This document shows positions 29,327 through 36,912 of a DNA stretch of 64,000 nt, in pieces. Source of the DNA: Solobacterium sp. (GTDB taxonomy: Bacteria; Bacillota_I; Bacilli_A; Erysipelotrichales; Erysipelotrichaceae); the NCBI GenBank assembly GCA_022644565.1, contig JALCHG010000001.1, forward strand, positions 132 to 64,131, given 5' to 3'. The notes beneath the pieces are model-generated. The model was given only the letters and a program-made list of their open reading frames with translations, ran no database searches and was not told the DNA's origin. The translations under genes and the position numbers were made by a program. Positions within the stretch are counted from its first letter, which is position 1, and each line of letters begins with the position of its first letter.

Positions 29327-30964
29327 ATGAACAACACAATTTATGTCATCGGCCACAAACATCCAGACAGTGATTCCATCTGCTCGGCACTGACGTATGC
29401 CAATCTGCTGCGCCAGACGGGAAAGGAAGCCATTGCCTGCCGGCAGGGTCCGCTCAATGAAGAGACAAAATTCATTCTGAAGCGGTTCCACCAGGAAAAT
29501 CCTTTACTGCTGACCGATGCCCGTGCCGCTTTATCTGACATTGATCTGGATCAGCCGACCGTCATCCGTCATGATGAAACGGTGCATCATGCCTGGCATG
29601 TGATGCTGCATACGCAGAACCGCTCCCTGTTTGTCAATGATGATGATGGAAATCTGGTCGGGATCTGTACGACCAGTGATCTTTCCCGGGTCAGAATTCA
29701 TCCGACTGCTGATCTGCAACAGCTGATGTCCACCGCATCACTTTCCAACATTGCCCGTACCATCGGCGGTACGGTAGTCGTGGACAAAGAGAATTTCCAC
29801 TGCAACGGGCATGTGCATATCATCACGCTGGAAGGCAATGAAGTTGCCCAGAACTACAAGTTCAGAGATGATATTGTCATTCTTTCTTCCGGTGAAGCGA
29901 AGATGCAGATCATGATCGATATGCATGTGGCATGCATTGTCATTACCTGCGGCCAGAAGGCTTCGGATCAGATCCGTGAAAATGCCCGTCAGGCCGGCAT
30001 TGCCATCATTGAAACCCCGATGGAGACCATGCATACTGCCCGCATCATTACGGAAAGCTACAGTGTGGAACAGGTCATGACAAAGGATATAATTACCTTC
30101 CGCAATGATGAATATGTGGAAGATGTGGCGGCCAAGATGAATAAATCACGTGTGCGTTCCTATCCGGTGCTGGATAAGGCAGGACATGTGGTCGGGGCAG
30201 TATCGCGCTATCATACCCGCAACTACAATCACAAGAAGTTTGTGCTGGTGGACCACAGTGCCCCCAACCAGACCATCAACCATATTGAAAATGCCTATGT
30301 GACGGCGATCATCGACCACCATCATATCGGCGGGGTCACAACGGACCATCCGATCATGTACCGCAATATGCAGGTAGGCTGTACTTGTACGATCATCAAT
30401 CTGCTGTATGAGGAAGCCGGGATTGTACCGGACAAAGATATGGCGGGATTGATGATGAGTGCCATTCTCTCAGATACGCTCAATTTCAAATCCGCAACAA
30501 CAACGGATTTGGACCGTAATACGGTCAAAAAACTGGCAGAGATTGCCGGCATTGACGATGTCAATGCCTATGCAAGAGAGATGCTGGGCGCCAGTGTATC
30601 ATTAACTGATGCATCGCCGCATGAGATTCTCAACCGTGATCTTAAATCCTATCAGATCGGTAAATACAGATTTGCGATCGGCCAAACCAACTACTCCCGC
30701 ATGGAGGAAGTACAGAAGATCCTGCCTGCCTTCAAGGAAAACCTGCAGAAGGAACAGGCGGAAAACAAGCTGGATCTTCTGGTCATGCTGTTCACGGATG
30801 TCATGGGTGAAGGCAGTCTGTTTGTATATGATGGACCCCTGTCCTATGTGATCAGTGATCTGTTGGAAACAAAGTTTGATGAACATTCCGGCTTTGATTC
30901 CCGCATTATCTCCCGCAAGCAGCAGCTGATGCCGATGATTTCGGAAGCACTTGGAAATATCTAG
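29327..30964 (+). CDS. ppaC: Mn-dependent family II inorganic pyrophosphatase with CBS and DRTGG domains
   Basis: GHKHPDSDSI, CBS pair, LVDH, IIDHH, GCTCT, ILSDTL, DLKSY, SRKQQ. Confidence 0.9.
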   Translation: MNNTIYVIGHKHPDSDSICSALTYANLLRQTGKEAIACRQGPLNEETKFILKRFHQENPLLLTDARAALSDIDLDQPTVIRHDETVHHAWHVMLHTQNRSLFVNDDDGNLVGICTTSDLSRVRIHPTADLQQLMSTASLSNIARTIGGTVVVDKENFHCNGHVHIITLEGNEVAQNYKFRDDIVILSSGEAKMQIMIDMHVACIVITCGQKASDQIRENARQAGIAIIETPMETMHTARIITESYSVEQVMTKDIITFRNDEYVEDVAAKMNKSRVRSYPVLDKAGHVVGAVSRYHTRNYNHKKFVLVDHSAPNQTINHIENAYVTAIIDHHHIGGVTTDHPIMYRNMQVGCTCTIINLLYEEAGIVPDKDMAGLMMSAILSDTLNFKSATTTDLDRNTVKKLAEIAGIDDVNAYAREMLGASVSLTDASPHEILNRDLKSYQIGKYRFAIGQTNYSRMEEVQKILPAFKENLQKEQAENKLDLLVMLFTDVMGEGSLFVYDGPLSYVISDLLETKFDEHSGFDSRIISRKQQLMPMISEALGNI

Positions 30965-30974
30965 TTCATTATGG

Positions 30975-31010
30975 ATACAGCCCCTGGGACAATTACCCCA
31001 GGGGCTGTAT
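30975..31010. terminator. Bidirectional terminator hairpin between ppaC and kptA
   Basis: ATACAGCCCCTGGG...CCCAGGGGCTGTAT, a 14-bp stem between convergent genes. Confidence 0.75.
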
Positions 31011-31018
31011 GTGTTTGT

Positions 31019-31579
31019 TCAGAAAGTGATCTGCTTCAGATATGCGGGCGGAACCGATGCACTCAGCCAGATATGATTGGCAGAAAGATAGAAGGCATAG
31101 CCATCCTGTGCCATCTGATCCGCATAGATCAGAAAAACAATGGGACGGCCATGGCGGGCACCGACTTTTTCAGCCTGCTGGACAGTAGTAGAAAGATGGA
31201 CATAGAGCCTCGACATCGGTTCCAGACCTTCCTGCAGAATAGATGAAACTGACTTTTCACCTGTACCATGGTACAGCACAGCCGGAGGCGTACATCTTTT
31301 AAGATCCACATCCACCGGAATGGAATGGCCCTGGTTTGCCCGGATCTTTGTATGATCTTCATTATAGCTGTAGCGCTGTTTTTCATCATTTCTTACGATA
31401 CGGTCAAGATCTTTCTGATTGAAGTCTCTGTCTTTTTTCTGTAAGGCAGAGATGAGTTCTTCTACTGCACACCAGCCATGATGGTCCAGGATGATGGGAC
31501 CGGCTTCCGGGTGGTGGCGTAAAAGAAAGCTCATGTATTTTGAGATACGGACATCGTGTGAATTGCGGTTGTTTTCCAT
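31019..31579 (-). CDS. kptA: RNA 2'-phosphotransferase (KptA/Tpt1)
   Basis: SKYMSFLLRH, DEKQRY, IRANQGHS, LYHGT, RLYVHLS, RHG. Confidence 0.95.
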   Translation of the reverse strand: MENNRNSHDVRISKYMSFLLRHHPEAGPIILDHHGWCAVEELISALQKKDRDFNQKDLDRIVRNDEKQRYSYNEDHTKIRANQGHSIPVDVDLKRCTPPAVLYHGTGEKSVSSILQEGLEPMSRLYVHLSTTVQQAEKVGARHGRPIVFLIYADQMAQDGYAFYLSANHIWLSASVPPAYLKQITF

Positions 31580-31632
31580 AAGGCTATTATAGTCAGATCC
31601 TGTATAATAGAGAGACGGAAAGGAAGCTGCTT

Positions 31633-32544
31633 ATGCTCAATATATGTTTACTTGGAACAGGAGGAACCGTACCGCTGCCGGAAAGATGGCTGACCAGCTG
31701 TCTTTTACGGTTCAATGGACATGCGTTTCTGATTGACTGCGGTGAAGGAACCCAGATTGCTCTGCATAAGCAGAGGGTCTCTGTCAAGCATATCGATGCC
31801 ATCTTTCTGACCCATTACCATGCGGACCATACGGCCGGACTGCCCGGCATTCTTTTAACCATGGCCAAGGCCGGCAGAACAGAGCCGATTCTGATTGCCG
31901 GACCGAAAGACCTGCATGATGTCATGCGGGGTGTCATGTCCATCGCCCGCTATGTGCCGTTTGAAATCCGTTTATGTGAATACCATGAACGGGAAGTCGA
32001 GATGGATTTCGGGGATGTGATCATGACAGCTTTTGCGGTCAGACACAGTGTACCGTGCTATTCCTATGTGCTGGACCTGAAGCGCAATGCCCGGTTTGAT
32101 CGACAGAAGGCAGAAAAGAACCAGGTGCCTTTGAAGGCGTGGAGCAGGCTGCAGAAGGGGGAAACCGTAGAGATGGACGGAATTACCTATACCCCTGATC
32201 AGGTCATGGGAGAGGAAAGAAAAGGATTGAAGGTTGTGTACAGCACTGACACAAGACCTGTGGAACAGATCACAAGACATGCGGCAGGGGCGGATCTTTA
32301 TATCGGAGAAGGCATGTATGGAGATCCGGAAAAAGCGGATAAAGCCAAGCTGAACCTGCATTCCACCATGTATGAAACCGCCGCCATCGCGGCTAAGGCA
32401 GATGTCAGAGAACTGTGGCTGACCCATTATTCTCCAAGCATGGAAACACCTTCTGAATATACCGAGCAGGTGCAGGCTTTCTTCCGCAATACGGTTATCG
32501 CAAAGGACGGCCAGCAGAAAGAACTGGTGTTTGAAGATGAATAA
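31633..32544 (+). CDS. rnz: Ribonuclease Z
   Basis: LGTGG, DCGEG, THYHADH, STDT, HST, THYSP. Confidence 0.92.
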   Translation: MLNICLLGTGGTVPLPERWLTSCLLRFNGHAFLIDCGEGTQIALHKQRVSVKHIDAIFLTHYHADHTAGLPGILLTMAKAGRTEPILIAGPKDLHDVMRGVMSIARYVPFEIRLCEYHEREVEMDFGDVIMTAFAVRHSVPCYSYVLDLKRNARFDRQKAEKNQVPLKAWSRLQKGETVEMDGITYTPDQVMGEERKGLKVVYSTDTRPVEQITRHAAGADLYIGEGMYGDPEKADKAKLNLHSTMYETAAIAAKADVRELWLTHYSPSMETPSEYTEQVQAFFRNTVIAKDGQQKELVFEDE

Positions 32545-32556
32545 AGAGGCAGAACG

Positions 32557-32934
32557 ATGTCCTTTTATCTGTTTACGTGCGTGACATTATTGCTCATACC
32601 GGCTGTCATGATACTGTTCGGCTGCCGCTTCAAAGACGGCGGACCGAAGAAAATCAATCGTTTCTATGGCTATCGCAGCGTCATGTCGATGAAAAACCGG
32701 GATACGTGGGATTATGCCCACCGGTACATTGGAAAGGTCTGGGTCAGAAATGGGTTGATTGCTCTTTTTCTGACGCTTGCCGTTCTGGTTTTCATGAAAA
32801 ACAGCAGTGATGATGCGATCGGGACCGCAGGGCTGGTTCTTCTGTGTGTACAGATGGCGTTTCTGATGGTTCCGATTTCGCTGACGGAAAAAGCACTGAA
32901 GGAAAATTTTGATACATCCGGAAAAAGAAAATAA
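32557..32934 (+). CDS. SdpI-family membrane protein
   Basis: KINRFYGYRSVMSMKNRDTWDYAHRYIG with flanking TM helices. Confidence 0.85.
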   Translation: MSFYLFTCVTLLLIPAVMILFGCRFKDGGPKKINRFYGYRSVMSMKNRDTWDYAHRYIGKVWVRNGLIALFLTLAVLVFMKNSSDDAIGTAGLVLLCVQMAFLMVPISLTEKALKENFDTSGKRK

Positions 32935-32957
32935 AAGGTCAGCTGAATCAGCTGACC
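32926..32957 (-). terminator. Intrinsic terminator on the minus strand just beyond the displaced tRNA 3'-end copy
   Basis: Minus strand GGTCAGCTG-ATT-CAGCTGACC-TTTTATTT. Confidence 0.65.
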
Positions 32958-33047
32958 GACAGGTGTGCCGGATGGTACAGCGGCATATGTTGAACCAAGT
33001 GGATATTGGTGATAACGCTGTTATTTCAGCAATTGAAAAGCAGAAGG

Positions 33048-33251
33048 TTATTTGCCTTCCGCTTTTTTGATGGTTTCTTCCATCGCTGACCTGATCACTT
33101 CAGATTGTGAGACACCAAGCTTTTTACATGCGGCCTTGAACTCATCTACAAGTTCAGCTTTATATCTTCCGCTTATGGGCTTCGTGTTTTCTTTTATCCA
33201 CTGGTTCTGATACTTGATCTGGTCAAAGTCACTTGATGCTTTCCTAGACAT
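33048..33251 (-). CDS. Small ribbon-helix-helix-type DNA-binding protein
   Basis: 67 aa, GAGG RBS; 'KPISGRYKAELVDEFKAACKKLGVSQSEVIRSAMEETI' fits a strand-helix-helix pattern. Confidence 0.75.
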   Translation of the reverse strand: MSRKASSDFDQIKYQNQWIKENTKPISGRYKAELVDEFKAACKKLGVSQSEVIRSAMEETIKKAEGK

Positions 33252-33252
33252 A

Positions 33253-33336
33253 TTATTTCCTCTTCAAGGTGATTAGAACGTAGATTGAAATTGCTAAAGC
33301 AATGGATGAAATGATGATTGAGATAATATCTGTCAT
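33253..33336 (-). CDS. 27-aa single-TM peptide with basic tail (MTDIISIIISSIALAISIYVLITLKRK)
   Basis: Manual translation. Ends 1 nt before the RHH start. No clear RBS. Confidence 0.5.
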   Translation of the reverse strand: MTDIISIIISSIALAISIYVLITLKRK

Positions 33337-33358
33337 AGCGTTTGGTAAATGCTATAAT
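33330..33358 (+). promoter_or_regulatory. SigA-type promoter firing antisense to the peptide gene at 33422-33493
   Basis: CTGTCA (33330-33335) - 17 nt - TG-N-TATAAT (33353-33358). Confidence 0.65.
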
Positions 33359-33364
33359 TAAAGT

Positions 33365-33487
33365 ACAGGAAGGAGTGCCTGCTCCCTCGAGTACGGCCTT
33401 GCTATTTCTTTCTACTTTCTTTTAGATAACGGCTGTTATCAACTGAATGATGGTTGTAGAAAGCTCTAGCAGGCTTTTTATTATTGA
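33365..33487 (+). ncRNA. Candidate antisense (antitoxin-like) RNA
   Basis: Would be transcribed from the 33330-33358 promoter across the peptide ORF; contains a GATAAC-GGCT-GTTATC hairpin. The 3' end is uncertain (weak hairpin 33458-33479). Confidence 0.4.
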
Positions 33488-33493
33488 TCGCAT
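33402..33493 (-). pseudogene. Type I toxin-like hydrophobic peptide, apparently frameshifted
   Basis: AAGGAGGT RBS. MRSIIKSLLELSTTIIQLITAVI* (stop 33422-33424). One added nt after ATC gives ...AVILKESRKK* ending at TAG 33402-33404. Confidence 0.5.
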
Positions 33494-33589
33494 TTACCTT
33501 ACCTCCTTTTCTTACACCAATAATATAGCATATTATATGTAATATATAAATGCTGCTATAAAATATTTCTTAAAAACGCCTAAAATAAT

Positions 33590-33618
33590 AAAAACCATCG
33601 ATATATTCGATGGTTTTC
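33590..33618 (-). terminator. Terminator immediately downstream of tRNA-Arg
   Basis: AAAACCATCG-ATATATT-CGATGGTTTT inverted repeat with T-runs. Confidence 0.75.
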
Positions 33619-33631
33619 AATAAAATGAAGG

Positions 33632-33705
33632 TGTGCCCGATGGGGCTCGAACCCACAACCTTTTGCTTCGGAGGCAAATACGCTATCCAGTTGCGCTACG
33701 GGCAC
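33632..33705 (-). tRNA. tRNA-Arg(CCG)
   Basis: Minus strand GTGCCCGTAGCGCAACTGGATAGCGTATTTGCCTCCGAAGCAAAAGGTTGTGGGTTCGAGCCCCATCGGGCACA; acceptor stem GTGCCCG/CGGGCAC, anticodon arm TTTGC-CTCCGAA-GCAAA, GTTCGAG T-loop. CCA is not fully encoded (ACCT). Confidence 0.95.
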
Positions 33706-33745
33706 ATGCATGTATTATAATAACACAGTTCTGAGGAGAAAAGAA

Positions 33746-34558
33746 ATGAGTGAAGATATCAGTGCAATCAGATTGATCGTCTGCGACATTGACAATACGC
33801 TGCTGCCGTCGGGCCGGGATGATTTGTCCGATTATACATATGCAGCCCTGTTCAGGGCACTGCAGAAGGGATATAAGCTGCTGATCTGTACGGGCAGACA
33901 TTATACCCTCATGCCCAAAGGGATGATGGCAAAGCTGCCGATGGAGCGGATCGGTACGATCAACGGCGCTTGCCTGTGTGATCACGACGGGCATACGATT
34001 GAGAAACATCCGATGAAGGAAGAAGATATGAATACCATTACCAGGATCTGTATTGAAAATGATATCGGTCTTGGCTTCAAGTTTGAGGATGCCATTGTCA
34101 CCTATGCCAATTATGAACGCTTTGTGGCCAATTATGCCAAGAAGCCGGGGGAAGCGGAGCTGATTGTCAATGATGACGCAAAGCGTACGCATCATCTGAA
34201 ATATGGTCTTCCTTTAGGTACGTTCATTGTCGGGGATGAAAGCAAGATCGAACCGTTTGTCGGTACGATGGACAATTTGATCTTTGCCTGGTCCCACCGC
34301 AGCGGGTATGATGTATTCCTGAAGGATATCAACAAGAGTACGGCGGTGGAAAGAGTGCTGAAGGACGAAGGATTGACATGGGACAATGTCATTGCCTTCG
34401 GCGATGCCGGCAATGATACGCCGATGATTGATAAGGCAAGGATCGGGGTCGCGCTTGGCAATGCCAAGGATAATGTGCAGGCACATGCGGATATTGTAGC
34501 GGATACGTGTGCCAATGACGGTGCTGCAAGGGTGCTGGAAGAGCTTGGAATTGCCTGA
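33746..34558 (+). CDS. Cof-type HAD-IIB hydrolase
   Basis: VCDIDNTLL, CTGR, INGA, KSTAV, AFGDAGNDTPMI. Confidence 0.92.
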   Translation: MSEDISAIRLIVCDIDNTLLPSGRDDLSDYTYAALFRALQKGYKLLICTGRHYTLMPKGMMAKLPMERIGTINGACLCDHDGHTIEKHPMKEEDMNTITRICIENDIGLGFKFEDAIVTYANYERFVANYAKKPGEAELIVNDDAKRTHHLKYGLPLGTFIVGDESKIEPFVGTMDNLIFAWSHRSGYDVFLKDINKSTAVERVLKDEGLTWDNVIAFGDAGNDTPMIDKARIGVALGNAKDNVQAHADIVADTCANDGAARVLEELGIA

Positions 34559-34645
34559 GCAGGTCCATAACACACAATCCATACAAAGATACTTGACAAT
34601 AGGTAAAATAAGCGTAAAGTAGTGGACAAGGAAAGGGGAACAGCC

Positions 34646-34711
34646 ATGAAGATGTACAGTGCAGTCTGTTGTATGTTTGAACATAAAACTGAATTTCTGC
34701 ATACGTACTGA
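34646..34711 (+). CDS. Leader peptide MKMYSAVCCMFEHKTEFLHTY with tandem Cys codons
   Basis: Purine-rich RBS AAGGAAAGGGG 7 nt before the ATG; TGT TGT at 34667-34672; lies between promoter TTGACA (34593) and terminator 34753-34786. Confidence 0.6.
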   Translation: MKMYSAVCCMFEHKTEFLHTY

Positions 34712-34752
34712 GCAGGCTCCTTTTTCGACACGTGGAATACATGAAGTGAATG

Positions 34753-34786
34753 GCAGATGTGCAGGCGTACATCTGTTTTTTGTTTT
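34753..34786 (+). terminator. Leader (attenuator) terminator upstream of the ABC operon
   Basis: GCAGATGTGC-AGGC-GTACATCTGT followed by TTTTTGTTTT, ending ~14 nt before the permease start. Confidence 0.75.
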
Positions 34787-34799
34787 ATAAAGGAGGCTT

Positions 34800-35459
34800 A
34801 TGAACTGGACGATTATGCAGTCATACTGGCCGCTGTTTCTGGCGGCTGCCGGGGTAACCCTGCGGATTTCCTTCTTCGGCATTCTGCTGGCGGTGATCCT
34901 CGGCATGGTCATCAGTCTGATCCAGTATGCAAAGATACCGGTATTAAGACAGATCGCATCTGTCTATATTGAATTGAGCCGCAATACACCGCTGCTGGTG
35001 CAGCTGTTCTTCATCTACTTCGGTCTGCCAAAGCTTGGCGTGGTATTGAGCGGGGAAGCAAGTGCGATTGCCGGGGTTGTGTTTCTGGGCGGCAGCTACT
35101 TTGCGGAGAACTTCAGATCAGGTCTTGAAGCAGTGGCTGTAAGCCAGAAGGAATCAGCGCTGTCGCTTGGCATGAGCGGTGCCCAGGCGATGCGCTATGT
35201 CATCCTGCCCCAGGCATTAAGAGTGGCTCTGCCGGGCTTCTTTGCCAATGTGATCTTTCTGATCAAGGAAACTTCGGTTGTTTCGGCCATTGCCGTACCG
35301 GATCTGATGTATGTGGCAAAGGATCTGATGGGCAATGACTACCGTACGGCGGAAGCGCTGGGGATGCTTGTTATCTTCTATCTGATCATCATCCTGCCGG
35401 TGACGATACTGGCCTATGTTCTGGAAAGGAGGCTGCGGTATGGGAAAGTCAGGCATTGA
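34800..35459 (+). CDS. Polar amino-acid ABC permease
   Basis: YIELSRNTPLLVQLFFIYFGLP, EAA loop, VILPQALR, LIKETS. Confidence 0.93.
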   Translation: MNWTIMQSYWPLFLAAAGVTLRISFFGILLAVILGMVISLIQYAKIPVLRQIASVYIELSRNTPLLVQLFFIYFGLPKLGVVLSGEASAIAGVVFLGGSYFAENFRSGLEAVAVSQKESALSLGMSGAQAMRYVILPQALRVALPGFFANVIFLIKETSVVSAIAVPDLMYVAKDLMGNDYRTAEALGMLVIFYLIIILPVTILAYVLERRLRYGKVRH

Positions 35460-36114
35460 ACTTTTAGCCAACTACAAGTACTGGATCCGGCTTCTGGAAG
35501 GATTATGGGTGACGATCCGGATTGCGTTGATCTCAACCGGATTATCCATGGTGCTGGGAACGCTGCTTGGTATGGTCATGACGATCAAGAACAGGATCAT
35601 CACGGTCATCACACAGATCTATCTCGGCTTTGTCAGAATCATGCCGCAGCTTGTTCTGCTGTTCATTGTCTTCTATGGCTTTTCAAGATGGACAGGCCTG
35701 ATGATGGATGCGGAGACAAGTGCAATTGTGGTGTTTACATTCTGGGGTACAGCGGAAACGGCGGACCTTGTCAGAGGTGCTCTGGAGTCCATCCCGGCTC
35801 ACCAGTATGAATCTGCCTATGCTCTTGGCATGAATCAGAAACAGACGTTCCGGTATGTGATTCTGCCCCAGACCATGAGACGGCTTTTACCGCCTCTTAT
35901 CAATCTGATTACCCGTATGATCAAGACGACTTCGCTTGTGGAGATCATCGGCCTTGTTGAAGTGCTTAAGACCGGCCAGCAGATTATTGATGCCAACCGG
36001 ATGAAATACGCAGATGGTGCTTTCTGGATCTATGCAGCGGTATTTGTGCTGTACTTCCTGATCTGCTGGCCGATCAGCAGCTATGCAAAGCATCTGGAAA
36101 AGAAGTGGAGGTGA
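35440..36114 (+). CDS. Polar amino-acid ABC permease
   Basis: [32 protein letters not shown]; ATG 35440 after GGAGG. Confidence 0.92.
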   Translation: MGKSGIELLANYKYWIRLLEGLWVTIRIALISTGLSMVLGTLLGMVMTIKNRIITVITQIYLGFVRIMPQLVLLFIVFYGFSRWTGLMMDAETSAIVVFTFWGTAETADLVRGALESIPAHQYESAYALGMNQKQTFRYVILPQTMRRLLPPLINLITRMIKTTSLVEIIGLVEVLKTGQQIIDANRMKYADGAFWIYAAVFVLYFLICWPISSYAKHLEKKWR

Positions 36115-36121
36115 AAGGAAG

Positions 36122-36895
36122 ATGGAAAACAGAATACAGCTTTCCGTAAAGGATCTGGTGAAATCATATGATGGCAGGAATGAAGTGCTCAACGGCATCA
36201 GCTTTGATGTTCATCAGGGTGAAGTCGTTGTCATTCTGGGACCGTCAGGCTGCGGCAAGTCTACGCTGCTCAGATGCCTGAATGGACTGGAAACATATCA
36301 GTCCGGTTCCATTACCCTGGATGGACAGCCCATCACCCATGGCGGAAAAAACATGAATGCCATGCGCCAGAGAATCGGGATGGTCTTTCAGAGCTATGAT
36401 CTTTTCCCGCATTATACCGTGCTGGACAATATCACGCTGGCCCCTGTCAAAGTAGTCCATCGGCCTAAGAAAGAGACAGAAGCCGAAGCACGGGCACTGT
36501 TGAAAAGAGTCGGACTTGAAGATAAGGCAGATGCCTATCCCAATGAACTGTCCGGCGGACAGAAACAGAGAGTGGCGATCTGCCGGGCGCTGATCATGAA
36601 GCCGGAAGTGATGCTGTTTGATGAAGTGACGGCAGCACTTGATCCGGAGATGGTTCATGAAGTGCTGAATGTCATGATGGAGCTGGCTGACCAGGGCATG
36701 ACCATGGTCATTGTCACCCATGAGATGAAGTTTGCGGAAGCGATCGGGGATAGAGTATTGTTCCTGGATGACGGCAAGATCGTTGAAGAAAATACACCGG
36801 AAGGCTTCTTCCATCACCCTAAGACAGAGCGGGCGGATGCCTTTCTGCATACATTTACCTATACAAGAAAAAGAGCTGAGAAAAGCGCTCAGTAA
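36122..36895 (+). CDS. Polar amino-acid ABC ATPase
   Basis: [38 protein letters not shown]. Confidence 0.95.
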   Translation: MENRIQLSVKDLVKSYDGRNEVLNGISFDVHQGEVVVILGPSGCGKSTLLRCLNGLETYQSGSITLDGQPITHGGKNMNAMRQRIGMVFQSYDLFPHYTVLDNITLAPVKVVHRPKKETEAEARALLKRVGLEDKADAYPNELSGGQKQRVAICRALIMKPEVMLFDEVTAALDPEMVHEVLNVMMELADQGMTMVIVTHEMKFAEAIGDRVLFLDDGKIVEENTPEGFFHHPKTERADAFLHTFTYTRKRAEKSAQ

Positions 36896-36912
36896 ATAAG
36901 GAGGATAAGAAT

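Larger units (their letters stand above)
32961..33643. mobile_element. Integrase-less mini-island inserted at the tRNA-Arg(CCG) 3' end
   Basis: Direct repeat AGGTGTGCCGGATGG (32961-32975) / AGGTGTGCCCGATGG (33629-33643, tRNA 3' end), 14/15 identical; interior visibly AT-rich. Confidence 0.72.

Noticed and set aside
34600-34800. T-box or SAM riboswitch in the ABC leader
   Set aside because: It lacks the GGTGGNACC T-box, the stem I AGTA/GAA motifs and S-box consensus.
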